From Scyliorhinus canicula (taxonomy: Eukaryota): a stretch of DNA of 64,000 nt. The notes under the pieces are model-generated. The model searched no databases. It was not told where the DNA came from and saw only the letters and a program-made list of their open reading frames with translations. Positions 1 through 13,718 of this stretch are shown here, piece after piece; positions within the stretch are counted from its first letter, which is position 1, and each line of letters opens with the position of its first letter. The position numbers were made by a program, and so were the translations under genes. Location of the stretch: positions 240,139,827-240,203,826 of the forward strand of contig NC_052146.1 of assembly GCF_902713615.1 (NCBI RefSeq), read 5' to 3'.

Positions 1-1003
1 CGGACAGCCAGTCTGCAGCTCTGGGCGGTGCTGCTGACCGCCAGCCAAACAGGATTCTACGGCGGGCGATCAGGGAGGCAAAGGCAAGGGCGTCCGCCCT
101 CCTCCCCAGGAATAGATCTGGCTGGTCTGAAACCCCGAAGACCGCCACTATCTGGCATGGCTCCACCCTCACCCCCACCACTTTGGACATAGCCTCGAAG
201 AAGGCCGTCCAGTACTCCACAAGTCTGGGGCAAGACCAGAACATGTGGGCGTGGTTGGCCGGGCCTCTTTGGCACCGTTCACATCTGTCCTCCACCTCCA
301 GGAAGAACCTACTCATACGGTTTCTTGTTAAGTGGGCTCTCTGTACCACTTTTAGTTGCGTCAGGCTGAGCCTTGCGCACGTGGAGGTGGAGTTGACCCT
401 ATGCAGTGCTTCGCTCCAGAGTCCCCACCCTATCTCAATCCCCAGGTCACCCTCCCATTTCATTCTTGTTGTGTCCAGTACGGTGTCGTCCCTTTCTACC
501 AGTCGGTCATACATGTCGCTACAGTTCCCTTTCTCTAGGATACTTGCGTCCAGTAGGTCCTCCAGTAGTATCTGTCGTGGCGGTTGTGGGTACGTCCTTG
601 TCTCCTTTCATAGGAAGTTTTTGAGCTGCAGGTACCGTAGTTCGTTCCCCCCGGCTAGCCGAAATTTCTCTGTCAGTTCGCCCAGTGTTGCGATCCTGTC
701 GTCCATGTATAGGTTCCTGACTGTCGGTGTCCCCCCGTCCTGCCTCCACCTTTTGAAGATGGCGTCAGTCAGTGCTGGTGTGAACCTATGGTTGTTGCAG
801 ATGGGAGCCTTGTCCGACATTTTGGTCAGGCCAAATTGCTGCCGCAGTTGGTTCCAGGATTGGAGGGTGGCTGTCACCACTGGGCTGCTGGAGTGTTTTT
901 TGGGTGGGGATGGGAGTGCTGCCGTGGCGAGGGCCCGGAGGGAGGTTCCCATGCAGGAGGCCTCCTCCGCACGCACCCACTCGGCTTCTGGCTCCTGGAT
1001 CTA
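1..1003 (-). mobile_element. L1 retrotransposon fragment, ORF2 C-terminal region (runs off window start)
   Basis: Minus-strand peptides (APICNNHRFTP, GNELRYLQLKNFL, HMFWSCP) resemble the C-terminus of fish/shark L1 ORF2 and the other L1 copies in this window. Confidence 0.85.
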
Positions 1004-1039
1004 ACCCCTTACTCGCTCGGCTGTTGCCGCCCATAAACC

Positions 1040-1946
1040 AGCAAAAATAGGATATGAGTAAATTAGCCAGAAATATGAAAGTAGACTGTAAACATTTTAC
1101 ACGTGTATAAAAAGGAGAGTAGCTAAAGGATACATTGGTCCCTTAGAATCAGAACAGGAGAAATTATCATGGGGAATCATAAAATGGTAGAGGCATTGAA
1201 CAAATATTTTGTGACTGTCTTCACAGTAGGAGATCAAGTTACATGCCAGATGTAGATTGCAATCTAGTATTAATGTTCAGAGAGACTTGGGTGTTCTTAT
1301 ACTAGGATCTTAAAACGTTACCATGCAGGTACAGCAAGCAGTTAGGAAGGCAAATGGCCTTTATTGCAAGGAGATTGGAGTACAAGAAATAAGTTTTTCT
1401 TACGGTTGTTTGGCGCTTTCATGAGGTCTCACCTGGAACACTGCAATTTTGATCTCCATAGTTGAGGAAGGATATAGTTGCATAGGAGGTAATATAGCAA
1501 AGATTCACTTGATTGGTCCCTGAGACGTGAGGGTTTGTCAATGATGAGAGGTTGAGTAAGTTAGGCCTATATCCTCTGAACTTTAGAGAATGAGCGGTGC
1601 TCTTATTGAAACACTTAAGATTCTGAAGGGGCTTTACAGGGTAGATACTGAGAGGTTGTTTCCCCTGGCTGGGTTTCTGGAACACACACATGGTTTCAGG
1701 ATAAAGGGATGTTTGTTTCGGACAGAAGAGAAGAGAAATTTATTCTGAAGGTTGTGAATCTTTGGATTTCTCTGCCCCAAAATGGATGGGCCGTCATTAA
1801 ATATATTTAAGTTTGAGATGGACAGATTTTTGGTGCCTCAGCGAATCGAGGGATGTGGGGAAAGACCGAGATCTGCATAATCCTATTGAATGGCTGAGCA
1901 GACTTGGTGGGCCACGTGATGTTCTCATGTTCCTATTTCTTATGTT
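1040..1946 (+). mobile_element. Degraded CR1-type LINE fragments
   Basis: CR1-like RT C-terminal sequence (gacttgggtgtt...gcagttaggaaggcaaatgg; cacctggaacactgc) and a CR1-like 3' tail (ttcctatttcttatgt). Confidence 0.7.
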
Positions 1947-2514
1947 TCGGAAGTAAACCTTGTCCAAGTCAAAATGGATGCAATCTGTTAACTCCTTTAT
2001 AAATGTTATCTCCTTTATAAATGTAAGAGTTGTTTTCTTTATGGTTTCTTACTCTGGTATCAGTAAATCAAATTTCTCAAGTTTTGTAATAGCATTTAAT
2101 GTTTGTTCTAGGGGACATTTATCTTTCAATTAACTAATTTTTTTTATAATTGATTGATTAGCAACCTTTTGTATTCTAAAGGATTCTATGCATTTTAGTG
2201 TATTGATTACAGTATTGAGCATTTCTCGCCAGAGTGATTTATTTTCATTGTTTCAGTCAATGTTCAAAAGAAAATTTGTTTTGTTCCAGATAGATGTCAA
2301 ATGCTATATCTTAGCAGCTGGTAAACAGACCAATTGTTTCTGCATATGTAAAATGATTGGATGCACATGCATTTGTTTATTATTAATCAGCATTGGGAAA
2401 TGCCTTGATTAATAAATTATGAATATTGGTGCATGTTTTATGTTCTGAAAAAAAAAAACCCTGCTGTTGATTCAGGAAGGCAAACTAATTTTTCTCATTT
2501 ATTTCATTTCCCAG

Positions 2515-2766
2515 ATTTTGTGCAATTGTTTACATGCTCCTTAAAGCTGGAGCTGTTGTAACAGGTCTACATTATTGTTATTGCCTGCAATATCAGAGCT
2601 TCCATTTGCTACAGTTTCTTCTGGCACAAGGTTATACATTACCATCAGGCTGTCATTTGGCTGACATTGCAAAGTATGGATTATTAGCAGAACATCAGTA
2701 TAAACAGTGGTTACCTCATCTGTTACTGGCTGGATTCAATCCTGTTGATCTGCTTTGTGAAACATG
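2515..2766 (+). CDS. ASB3: ASB3 (ankyrin repeat and SOCS box 3) internal coding exon
   Basis: Polypyrimidine tract + CCAG acceptor (2511-2514) and TG|GTAAGT donor. Translation FCAIVYMLLKAGA...YKQWLPHLLLAGFNPVDLLCETW resembles recalled mammalian ASB3 ([23 protein letters not shown]). Confidence 0.93.
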
Positions 2767-5162
2767 GTAAGTTACAAGTTCAGAGATGCACCCACTTGTT
2801 ATTTTAAAATAACTACAAATGGCTTCTTTATAGTTATACAGTAAGACAGGCAATAGACATGTTGGTTGAAGTATTACCATTCCAGCCCACTTTGTTTGCA
2901 TTTAACTAATGAGCTTGAGTGTGCACTGTTGTTTCATTACTTGCAAGCTTCATTTGGTAATGGATATCGCATCCAAGACTGATTGTAGAGAACTGGCTAA
3001 TATTCCACAGGGAGTGATTAAAATATTATGTATGCAGGAGTGCAGGGTTGATTTGTAAATGCCAAGTGAAGTGTGGAGTTAACCATTTAACATGTTTGTT
3101 AATAGTGTACCAAGCAGAAGTTTAATGGTTGCAGATCAATAACATACACATTTCTCACTGATGCAGTTATATGATTCCACCTCTAACTTTTTTCTAATTA
3201 AAATAACATTCACAATCCTATACCAGACCTTTATGTTTGTTCTATTGGGATCGATAGCTACACTTGAAAACTAATTTTATCTACCCCAAGCTCCAGATGC
3301 AAGCACCCGAAAGATCGACATGTTGTGCAATGGTTCACCTGCTGCACCTTTTGGGGGTCAGTAAAATATACATAGCCAAAGCAATGAAAAGCAGTCATTG
3401 GAAAATTAATAATTTTAATGAAGAACCAACTCAAACCCACAGTTTGATATTTCTGAAAAGCTGCTAATGATAAACAAAAAAGTAGTTTGCCAGTGCAAAG
3501 TGTGCAAAATGAAAATCTTGCGGATAGAATTCCTCAATCTTTCCAACAGGCTAACAGTGTCCCAGCAGTATTTTTACCCCAGGCTTGAACTTGACCCTGA
3601 CTCTATTGAAGTATTCAGTGTTGGATTATTATAATAAAGCAGGAAAGATGCCGTAACCAGTATGGGTGAACCTTGATTGCCCACTGGAAGTAGGGTGTAA
3701 GGTGTGGTTCAAGGGTAGCCATTCAGGGAAGCTGATGAAGATGCACAAACTCTGGAAACTGCCCTCTTTAGAAGAGGGATGATATTATTGTGACAGTCTG
3801 TTCTCTGCTAAGGTGTTCCAGGCTAGCGGAACACCACTGTGGGACCTATTCGTGTTCCTCACTGACTTCAGTGCTGGTATATTGCTGAAGTGTTAAGCTC
3901 CTTGGATCAGCATGGATTTTGATACGTGATTCTCCTGCTCTTCCTCCATCTTTATAGTTAGAGCTGCAATGGAGGACTGAATGTTCGACGTTCCCTTGGT
4001 TTAAGTTGGAGTAGCGAGGATAAGCAAAGACTTGATTTTTTGGGTTTCAACCAATATCTCACTCTTACCTTTTTCTACCTGCTCCTTTTATTCCAGACAT
4101 TTCTATATTTAAAAATAACAGCTGGGGTTATATTTTTCATGAGCATTAAGCAATGTTGTCATTGGGATGTTAAAGCACAAAAGAGACAAAATCACCGTCC
4201 AAGGCATCTGTATATTTAGTGTAAGTCATAAACAAACTCAGCGTTTTCTTGCAGAAGAACTCCAACCAGGAGGGTAGGTAGCAGGGCTGTCTTTTCAAGT
4301 CTCCAACATTTAAAGAATGTGATTATCTGTATGGCAATCTAATATAGTATTCAATTAAAAATCTTGTAGTGAAGGCTAACCCCAGCTCAAATCTATTACG
4401 GGCCCAGGGATTTGATTAGTTTTATGTACTTTTCTACAGCTCACTAATCTGTTATGTTTTTATTTGTTTTATCACCTCAAAATAGATTGGCATTTAAATG
4501 GCAAAAACAAAGGTTTATTCATGTAAAAATGGCAGGTTGAAGAAACTAAATTCCGGCAGTTTATTTGTTGTTTTTTCAGGACGGGAAAAGTAGTAATGTG
4601 TGTATTTGTAAGATATTCCAAGAGTGCAGAAATGCAATGAAGATATAAATCCCAGAAACATTACCATCCAGAATTCCAAACTTGCTATCAATCTTCCCAA
4701 CCCCATGCTTGGAGGAAGACTAACTCTCAGTCCCCAAGGGAAGACCAAGGAATAATTCCAAAAGTTGCTGAACAGCCTCAGAAGATTAACATGCGTTATT
4801 TTGGGACTGTATAAGGAGACATTGAACATAATATCTGTTTCAAACTCTGCTTTGATACTTCCTCTAAGACCTGTTTGGTCCAAAAAGGAATGGCAGGCCA
4901 GGGAGGACCAATTTAGCTAAGGCATATGAAACAATGGGAACATTTATTTTTATTTACAGACTATTTTTATTTACAAACTAGAAGTATTGTAACAGGAAAA
5001 TGAATAGGTTATGTTATTGTTAATGCAAAAATTACAGCTATTTCTATGTACTTGCACTTCTGGAGCCTCACAGATTTTAGCAATTGAGATGAGGGGGATG
5101 ATATAAATATAGACTAATCTTGGACTGGAGTTATTTTATACAAACCGTTGAACTGTACAAAT

Positions 5163-5607
5163 ATAGAATCATGCAATCCCTACAGTGCAGAAAGAGGCCA
5201 TCCTGCCCATCGGGTCTACACCGACTCTCTGAAAGAGCACTGTATCCAAATCCACTTCCCAATAACCCCATAACCTATGCTTTATATCCCTGGACACTAG
5301 GGGGCAATTTAGCATGCCCAATCCACCTAAACTGCACATCTTTGGACTGTGGGAGGAAACCAGAGTACCCGGAGGAAACCCACGCAGACACGGGGAGAAA
5401 GTGCACACTCCACAGACGGTGACCCAGCGGGGAATTGAACTCGCGTGCTGTGAGGCAGCAGTTCTTTTTTTTTTAAATTGAAAGTGCCCAATTCACTTTT
5501 TTTTCTCCAATGAAGGGGCAATTTAGTATGGCCAATCCACCCACCCTGCACATCTCTGGGTAGTGGGGGTGAGACCCACGCAGACTCTGGGGAGGCAGCA
5601 GTGCTAA
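5163..5607 (-). mobile_element. Two adjacent tRNA-derived (HE1-like) SINE copies
   Basis: Shared SINE body (ggaggaaacccacgcagacacggggaga; ggggcaatttagcatgcccaatccacc) also seen in many other copies in this window. Confidence 0.85.
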
Positions 5608-7409
5608 CAGAAAGTGAGAAAATGATGAAGCTATTTTGATAGGGGTTTGAGGAATGGTGAAGTGGGACTTCGGTGGAGTGAATGGTCACACACCGGGTGG
5701 CTCTTGCTTGAACGTGTTGGTTTTGGTCTCTTTTGCCCGACCTTCAGGAAATTTTGGCGGAAAGTTGAGCGGACAGTGGAGGAGGATCAGTTCTCCCCCA
5801 GGTGGGCATGTCTGAGTCATTAAACTCGACTGATGACACTGAGAGCCGTGGCTAAAGAATTGGAGGAGACTCGTGGTGGAGCATCAATTGGAAAAATGGT
5901 GGAGGGGGGAGGCTATTGGAAAGTTGCCAATGGAGCAGGTGATGAGCTTCATTAAGGATGAACTTCAGCAGCAGCATGAAGAAATGGAGAGTGACTGATT
6001 GAAGGCGATTGGGGGGGTAGTGGTACCACTTGGTGGGACATTGGAATGGGTGGAGAAGAACTTGCAAGGTGTAGGGGCAATGATCCAAGAGGTGGAGAAG
6101 GTGGCTGACGAGAGAGACCGGATTGTGTTGCTGGAAGTGGAGATGGCGATCCTGGGGGACATGTGTAAGACGCTATGAGAAAGGGTGGAGGACCAGGGAA
6201 ACAGGCCCTGGTGGCAAAATCTTTGTATTGTGGGCCTACCGGATGGAGTGGTGGGAACAAGTGCAATGGGCTACGTCGCGAGGATGTTGGTGAGGTTGGT
6301 GGGCCAGAAGGTGCTGGACAAGGCCCCGGAGGTAGATCGGGCCCATAGCTCCTAAAGCAGTGGCCAAGAGCGGGGGAGCCACCTTGGGCGGTGATTGTGC
6401 GTTTGCGCAAGTTCCAGAACAAGGAAATGATCCTGAGGTGGGGCAGTGGGATTGCGATTGGGAAGGAAACCGAATCCGGATTCATCGGGTCATTGGTGCA
6501 GAGTTGGCCAAGGGACGGGCAGGGTTCAACAGGCCCAAGGCACTGATGCACTGGCGCCAGATTCGGTTGGGGTGTTGTACCCGGCCAAACTTTGGGTCAC
6601 TTTCGAGGGCCAGGAATATTATTTTGGGACGCCGGCGGAGGCAAATGACTTAAGAAATATAAGCCTGGAGAGGGCTAGAAGAGGAACTCGGGTGCAAGTT
6701 CTGTCTCTTAAATGTTGTCAAATGATTTTATTTGCTAATGGGGAAAGGTCACCCCCTCCCCCTGTTTTTCTATTGTCTATTGAAGTCAAATTGCTTTTTT
6801 CCCATGAAGGTTGGGGGGGGGGGGGGGGGGGGCCTTCGATGCTGGAGGCATAATGTTTGATTGTATTGCACTCTGTTATGCTCTGAACAGTGCGTATGAG
6901 GGGTTGTTGTAAGGCGGGGCAGTTCGAGAATGTTCTATATGGGGTGATGTTTCTTGCATGGGTTGGGTGTGGGATACTGGGGGGGGTGGGTAGGGTGCGA
7001 GATACTGGGGAGGAGGACATAAGAGAAGCAATGAGGCGCTGGAATGTGGTGACTAGGGGCTTTTCACAGTAACTTCATTGAAGCCTACTTGTGACAATAA
7101 GCGATTATTATTATTATTATTATTATTATTATAGAAAGGGATATGCAGGAGAGAGATGGGTCGAGGGGGTGGTGACAGTGAGTCTTTGGGTTCGGGCCTT
7201 CAGGTGGGAGTTGTCACGCTAGCAAACAATGCTAGTGAACAGAGGCGAAGGGCGGGGGATGACCGCGGTGGTTAGCCATTGTGAGGGGGGTGTGGGTGGA
7301 GGGAGGGGAGGCAACGCGTCTCTGATGTAGGATGAGTTTGGCTGTGGACGGGATGAGGTGACCAACTTGGGTAGGCCTGATTGAGTGGGGATGGGGGTTG
7401 AGCTCCGTT

Positions 7410-7759
7410 TTGCTTCCCCCTGCCCCCCTTTTTCCCATTTTACCTCTCTCCCACCCATGAGTCCCCCCCCCCCCCCCCAATATCTACATCTGTCACCGCT
7501 TACCCTCTGTGATTTTGTTTCTCTGCGGTGTGGCCTGTCACACCTTTGATTCACTCTGGGAGCTGCCATTAGCACTCTTTTCCCGTGAGTTCTGTGGCTA
7601 TGACTTATCTTTCATCCCCTCACCCTACAGTATAAATATCTCCCACTTTCTATGCCTTTTAGTTTTGACGAAGGGTCACCTGGACTTGGAACGTTGGCAC
7701 TTTTCTCTCCTTACAGATGCTGCCAGACGTGCTGAAATTTTCCAGCATTTTCTCTTCTG
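7410..7759 (+). mobile_element. Penelope-like element 3' end remnant with decayed hammerhead motif
   Basis: ttgacgaagggtcacctggacttggaacgtt (decayed CTGACGA..GAAA) followed by acagatgctgccagac..gctgaaattttccagcatttt, a typical PLE pLTR tail. Confidence 0.6.
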
Positions 7760-8431
7760 GGGCGAAATTCTCCGACCCCCCGCAGGGTCGGAGAATCGCC
7801 CGGGGCCGCCGAAAATCCCGCCCCCGCCTTGGCAGAAATTCTCCACCACCCGGGAATTGGTGGGGGCGGGAATCACGGCCCACTGATCGGCGAGACCTCC
7901 GCGCCGATCGGCGAGCCCCCTGCGGCGATTCTCCAGCCCGCGATGGGCCGAAGTCCCGCCGCTGGGATGCCTCTCCCGCCGCCGTGGTTTGAACCACCTC
8001 TGGTGGCGGAGGGATCAGCGGCGCGAGCGGGCCCCGGGCGTGCCCCCAAGGTGGCCAGGCCTGCGATCGGGGCCCACCGATCGGCGGGCGGGCCAGTTCC
8101 GTGGGGGCACTCTTTTTCTTCCGCCGCCGCCACGGCCTCCACCACGGCGGAGGCGGAAGAGAATCCCCCATCGCGCATGCGCCGGTGGTGACGTCAACGC
8201 CAGCTGACGCACCGGCACATGCGTAAACCGGCGAAGGCCGTTGGAGCCGGTTTTGGCGCCAGTCGGCGTGGTGCCAACCGCTCCGGCGCGGGCCTAGCCC
8301 CTCAATGTGAGGGCTTGGCCCCTAAAGGTGCGCAGAATTCCGCACCTTTGGGGAGGCCGATGTCGGAGTGGTTGGCGCCACCCCGCTACGCCGGGGCCCC
8401 CCACCCCGCTGGGTAGGGGAGAATCCCGCCC
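7760..8431. mobile_element. GC-rich non-autonomous PIF/Harbinger element (MITE-like)
   Basis: TIRs GGGCGAAATTCTCC / GGAGAATCCCGCCC and 3-bp TSD CTG on both sides. Confidence 0.85.
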
Positions 8432-11400
8432 CTGGTTTCTCAACAGGTTCCAATATCTCGGATCCAGGTAACACATGATTGGGCCACGGGCATAGGTGGA
8501 ACTTGATTGGGTTGGTGGAGGAGGTTAAGAGGAACCTTAAACAGTGGGATACTCTGCCCCTGACATTGGCAGGGAGGGCACAGGTGGTAAAGATGTACAT
8601 ATTGCCAAGATTTCTGTTTCAGTCGCTCTCGATTTTCCTCCCCAAGGTCTTTTTTCGGAAGGTAGATGCATTAATCTCGGAATTTGTGTGGCAGGGAGGG
8701 GGCTGAGGGTTAATAGGACTCTGTTGCAAAGGCAAATGTGGGAAAGGGGCTCACGCTCCCAAATTTGTTGCATTATCATTGGGCAGCGAATGTGGAAAAC
8801 GTGAGACAATGTTGGTTGGGGGGGTGCAGATTAGGTAGGTTAGAGGAGGAATCTTTAAAGGGTATGACCCTGAAGGCTCTGGTGATCGCCCCGCTGCCAT
8901 TTGCCCCAAGGAAGTTCACGAATGGTTCAGTGGTGGAGTCATCCATAAATATTTGGAAACAGCCGAGGCACTTTAAATTGGGGCACATGTGACGGCTCTG
9001 TTGTGTGGGAATCCAAGGTTTGTGTCGGGGTGGGGGGGGGGGGGGGGGGGGGGGTGGGAGGAGGAAATGGATTGGTGGGATGTACAGGAGACGGAGAGAG
9101 GAAGGGCTAGTGGAGGTCAGGGACATGTTTGTGGAAGGCAAGTTTGTTGGGTTAGAGGAATTGCTGGAGAAGTTTGAGCTGCCACGAGGGAATGAGTTCA
9201 GATACTGTCTGGTGCGGGACTTTGCGCGCAAGGCGTTGCCTTCATTCTCTCAGGTGTCGGAATGTACACTTTTGGAGAAAATGTTCCTTCCGAATGAAGT
9301 GGGTATGGGAGCATTGGGGACATCTATGGGTGGTTGGGAGAGCAGAGCATGACATTACTAAAAAGGATCAATTGGAAGTGGGAGGAGTTGGGAGGGAGAT
9401 AGGATGGGGACTTTGGTGCGAAGCAGCGTGCCGAGTGAACTGAACCTTCACCTGCGCAAGGATGAGTCTTCTACCATTTAATGTGGTGCATAGGGGCCAC
9501 ATAACTGGCCCAGATGAGTGGATGTTCCCCAGAGGTAATGGACGGGTGTGGGAGGAGGCCAGGTGCACCATGCTCATGTGTTCTGGGGATGTGTGGATTT
9601 GGAGAATCTTTGGGAGGCGGTATTTAGGAACGTACCGAGGATTGTAGGGTTTGAGATGAAGCTGGACCCTGTGGTGGCAATCTTTGGAGTGTAGGAGGTG
9701 TCGGGGAAGGGGGTGGTGAGGAGGGGGGGGGGGGGGGGGGGGGGGGGAAGGGGGGGGGGGGGTGGATGATGACGTGGCCTTCACCTCTCTGATTGCCCGG
9801 TGATGGATACTTTTGAATTGGATATTGGCTACGCACCGGGGGCCAGGCATGGTTGGGAGACTTGTACGAGTTTGTCTGGTTGGAGAAAATCCAATTTACC
9901 GTAAGAAGGCCGGCGGAGGGCTTCGAGGTACGGTGGAGGCCGTTCTTGACTATATTTGAGGAGCTGTTTGTCACGGGGAAAAATATACAAACTGTATACT
10001 CAGTTGGATGTTAAGGGTGTGTAACTATGTTGAACATGTTTGGAATAAAATACCTTCTTTAAAAAAAAAGGAATGGTGAAGTGAGTGCTGCAGAGTTCAA
10101 AATTAAGCTCATGTTTATGCTTCAGTAACTTGGTGACTATAGCTCACCAATCCATTCTGCACTTAATAGTTGTTCGATTATACCTCTTTGAATAAATTAT
10201 TTCAAAAATAGGAAATGTTTTTGCCTGGTTTATGACAGCAGCAGATAAACTACACTGATCTATTCTCTGCTGATATTATTCATGAAAGACAAATATCTGC
10301 TGCAGCCCTTTATAAATTGTGAAATCTGCTTTTTGCATGCAACGCATGCTAATCGTGCTTCAGCTCAACAACAGTACATATTTGGCTTTAAAAAATATTG
10401 TCTATTATAAATATTATCTTCTAATTAAAATTCAAATCCTTTCAGTTTTATTTTTTTCCAGTGATACAATTTCATTAGGAAGGTTGTACATTACAAATCT
10501 GACCGAGCTTTCAGGTAATTTGGAGGAAATTGTATTTGTGATGAAATAAAACTGCACATTAATAGACAGTAAATGCCAACCATGTATTTGGTTGATTATT
10601 TGTCACTGGTTCATGATTTTAAAGGTATTATCATAAAAGATAATCATTGAGTTTGTTTGTTGCTGATGCGTTGTCTGGTGGTAAATCTGCCTGTCTTCAA
10701 TTGTAAGGTAAGTTCACTGTTGTGTGAATTAGTGCAATGTAATACAATCTATCACTAAGAAACTCATTTCCTTGTTTTTTCAAGCATTAGTTTGACTAAT
10801 TATTTTGCTTAACCCAGAAGGCCAGGAGCATATTGCTGATCAAACTGGAGCATGTACTTTATGGCTATCTATTTGAGCTCTTTTAAAATGAGCTCTTCAA
10901 AAAACTCAATTTAGCCACGACAAAGTTTGTAGACTTTATAAAAAAAACATTATTAAACAACAACTGTAATTTGAACTTCTTACTAAAATATTATGATCAA
11001 ATTTATTAATTTCTTCATAATTCAGAAGTTGGTGCAGTGTTCCTTGGGAAAGAGGATGACCTTGGGCGATGCGACGTTTATTGTGTTGTCTTGATCATTT
11101 CTGTTCCTCTTTGCTATAAATGAAAATTTTGCATGCAAAATTGCATTTTTTCTCTGAATTGCCAAAATTAACTGTTCATGTTGCATGTGTAATGAAATTG
11201 TGATTTCCACTGTCGTCCTTAACTTTGATTCTCACTGCTTTTTGAAAGAGATCCTTGGCTGTTGATCAGGCTTCAATACTGTATGAAGTGTCGCTCGCAT
11301 ATGCTTACTGTGTTTTATACCAGTGAACATTGCCACTGATGCCTCTTGTCAGAAAATAGTGTGGTGTGCAAAATCTACCATTATTCTCACTCGACATCCA

Positions 11401-11899
11401 ATGAGACCAATTTCAAGTATCCGAGTCCATTCTACCAAATTATTTTACTGAAAAGAGAGGAATGATTTCACCCTCCCAGAAAACACAATGCTGCCCAAAA
11501 CCTCTGTTCAGCACTAGGTGGCTTCAACGACTCCAACTCAAGAAAGGACCTGGGGAAAGCACAGTTGTGAACTTGCGCTGCTCAGTGGATCAGCTTAGTA
11601 TCAGTATTTATGCATTAGAAGAAACACCTTTGGTGTTGATTCAAGCTGACAAAACCAGCAGTGATTTTCTTCCTCTTCTCTGTCATCTTTGCAACAGTGG
11701 CAGGAGGCCACTTTAGATGCTTGATTAAAAGAGATGTATCATCTCCAGGGATGACGTTCATGCATCAGAATCAGTCCTTCCAGTTAATTCAGTCAGTTAA
11801 TTCCGTGATGTTTTTTAGTCCATTAATTTTATATGTGGTGAATTGGTTCTCATAATTAAAGTCAAGATGAACAGTCTACACCCTGTTGCTTGAAGAGAC

Positions 11900-12790
11900 A
11901 GTACTATTTAATCAAAGGTTACAACACAGGCAGAGACCATTTACTCCATTGTGTCTATGCTGGCTCTTTGTCCACAATCCTGTATGTTCCTCATCAACAA
12001 GTATTTGTCCTGCTCCCTTTTACAATTATTTATTGATTCAGCTACCACCACCATTTCAGGTAGACCATTCTGGATCCTGACAACTGAGTAAAAGATTTCC
12101 CTTTTATTTTCCCTCCCCATATCTTTTTTTCAACGATATTGAATCTGTGACCTTTAGTTATTGACCCCTTGGAATTTTGTTCCCTTTGTTCTATTAAAAC
12201 CTCTCATCATCATCACCATTTTGAAAACTATTATTGGACCATATTATAAACTTTTCCTGTTCCAAGGGCAACAGTCCTAACTTTTAGAACTTCACCCATG
12301 ACTGAAGTCTCTCGTCCCTGGCACAATCCTGGTAAATTTGCTTTGTACTCTTTCTAAGACCTTTATACACTTCCTGTGTGGTTCCCAAAATTGTCCGCAA
12401 GACTCCAAATGAGGCCTACTTAGTGATTTAGAAAGTTTCAGCATGACGTCTCTGCTTTTGTATTCTAGTCCTCTTCTGATAAACCCGAATAACCCATATG
12501 CCTTTTAAAACGTCCTATAATCTTGTCCTGTGATGTTTTAAAGATTTGTGTATGCGGGCACCAAGATCTCTCTCCTCATCTATACTTTTCATTAATAGCA
12601 TCCTGTTTAGTCCTCTGAAAGTGTATGACTTCTTCACTTCACACTTCTTATTGTTGTCCACCTGCCTTACTTCTGTCCATTTACCATTCTGTCCGTCAGC
12701 CTGAAGATGACAACTAACCTCATCATAATCTACTCCTTTGCTTCGTTCTGTTGTGAGTCCGGCCTTTCCATCGAGCTCAAACATTTTAAC
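11900..12790 (-). mobile_element. Degraded CR1-type LINE 3' part
   Basis: Minus-strand EERDLGARIHKSLK motif and CR1-like 3' UTR. Confidence 0.65.
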
Positions 12791-13053
12791 AAATATGTCT
12801 AGAAAGGGAAATTCAAAATGGGAGCACTGCCTTGGACAATTGAAGCAGTGCGCCCAGAAACATCACTGGTCAGTATAGATCTCCAGACATTAGGTGTAGG
12901 AGAGTCTATTCCATTTGACATAGCAACAGATTCAAACCTTGAACAATGCAGTTATCCTCCTTATCGCCCGATGGCGACCAATAGTAATTGGGTCTCATTT
13001 AATTTTTTTGCTTCTTGAGGTGCAATCCTGATTGTTTGTTGACAAAGTTTATT

Positions 13054-13275
13054 TAAAAAAATAAATTTAGAGTGCCCAATTCATTTTTTCCAATTAAGGG
13101 GCAATTTAACGTGGCCAATGTACCTACCCTGCACATCTTTTGGGTTGTGGGGGCAAAATCCACGCAAACATGGGGATAATGTGCAAACTCCCCACGGATA
13201 GGACCCAGAGCCAGGATCAGACCAGGGACTTTGGTGCTGTGAGGCAGCAATGCTAACCACTGCACCGCCGTGCTG
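13054..13275 (-). mobile_element. HE1-like SINE
   Basis: tRNA-derived head (cagcacggcggtgcagtggttagcattg), SINE body and A-rich tail. Confidence 0.88.
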
Positions 13276-13584
13276 TCTGTCGTTTGTTGACCAATTTAAT
13301 ATGTAATTCTCAGACTTCAACATTGCATATGGATTTGAATTCCTTGAAACAGAAGAGTTCATTTGGGGCATGATTTGGTTGTTGAAAAAAGAGTACACAG
13401 GCCCAATCCATTTCCTTACAGAGATATCATTTGGTGGTGTGGCGTCTATCAGCAGCAGCAGAACTCTTTTGCAAATGCTGACTGATCTGCTATGTAATTC
13501 TATCATTTTCTGTTTATATTTAGATTTTCAGTATTTGAAGATTTTTCTTTCTATTTATGTATCATTTGTTCTTTTGTTCTACAG

Positions 13585-13718
13585 GTTGAATACTGCCAGT
13601 GATAACATGCTTAACTTTACACTTGAGTTTACAAACTGGAAGAGGCTACCCTCGTTTGTGGGACAGATTCTTTTCTGTCACAGAGCAAACTCCACTCGGA
13701 CTCGCGAGAAGTATTTTG
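13585..13718 (+). CDS. ASB3: ASB3 penultimate coding exon (134 nt)
   Basis: ACAG acceptor and G|GTATGT donor. Phase 2 join completes the Trp codon. Encodes LNTASDNMLNFTLEFTNWKRLP (ASB3 FTLEFTNWK motif). Confidence 0.93.

Larger units (their letters stand above)
5665..10068 (+). mobile_element. L1 with intact ends but internally deleted ORF2
   Basis: 15-bp TSD AGGAATGGTGAAGTG (5650-5664 / 10069-10083). Decayed ORF1 (GVLYPAKLWVTFEG), ORF2 C-terminal part (PLTLAGRAQVVKMYILPRFLF; HYHWAAN), AATAAA and A-tail. Confidence 0.9.

Noticed and set aside
183-1004. 273-aa plus-strand ORF
   Set aside because: Antisense shadow of L1 ORF2; no independent motifs.
9030-9762. Long poly-G tracts as functional G-quadruplexes
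   Set aside because: Homopolymer expansions within decayed L1; lengths are unreliable in assemblies.
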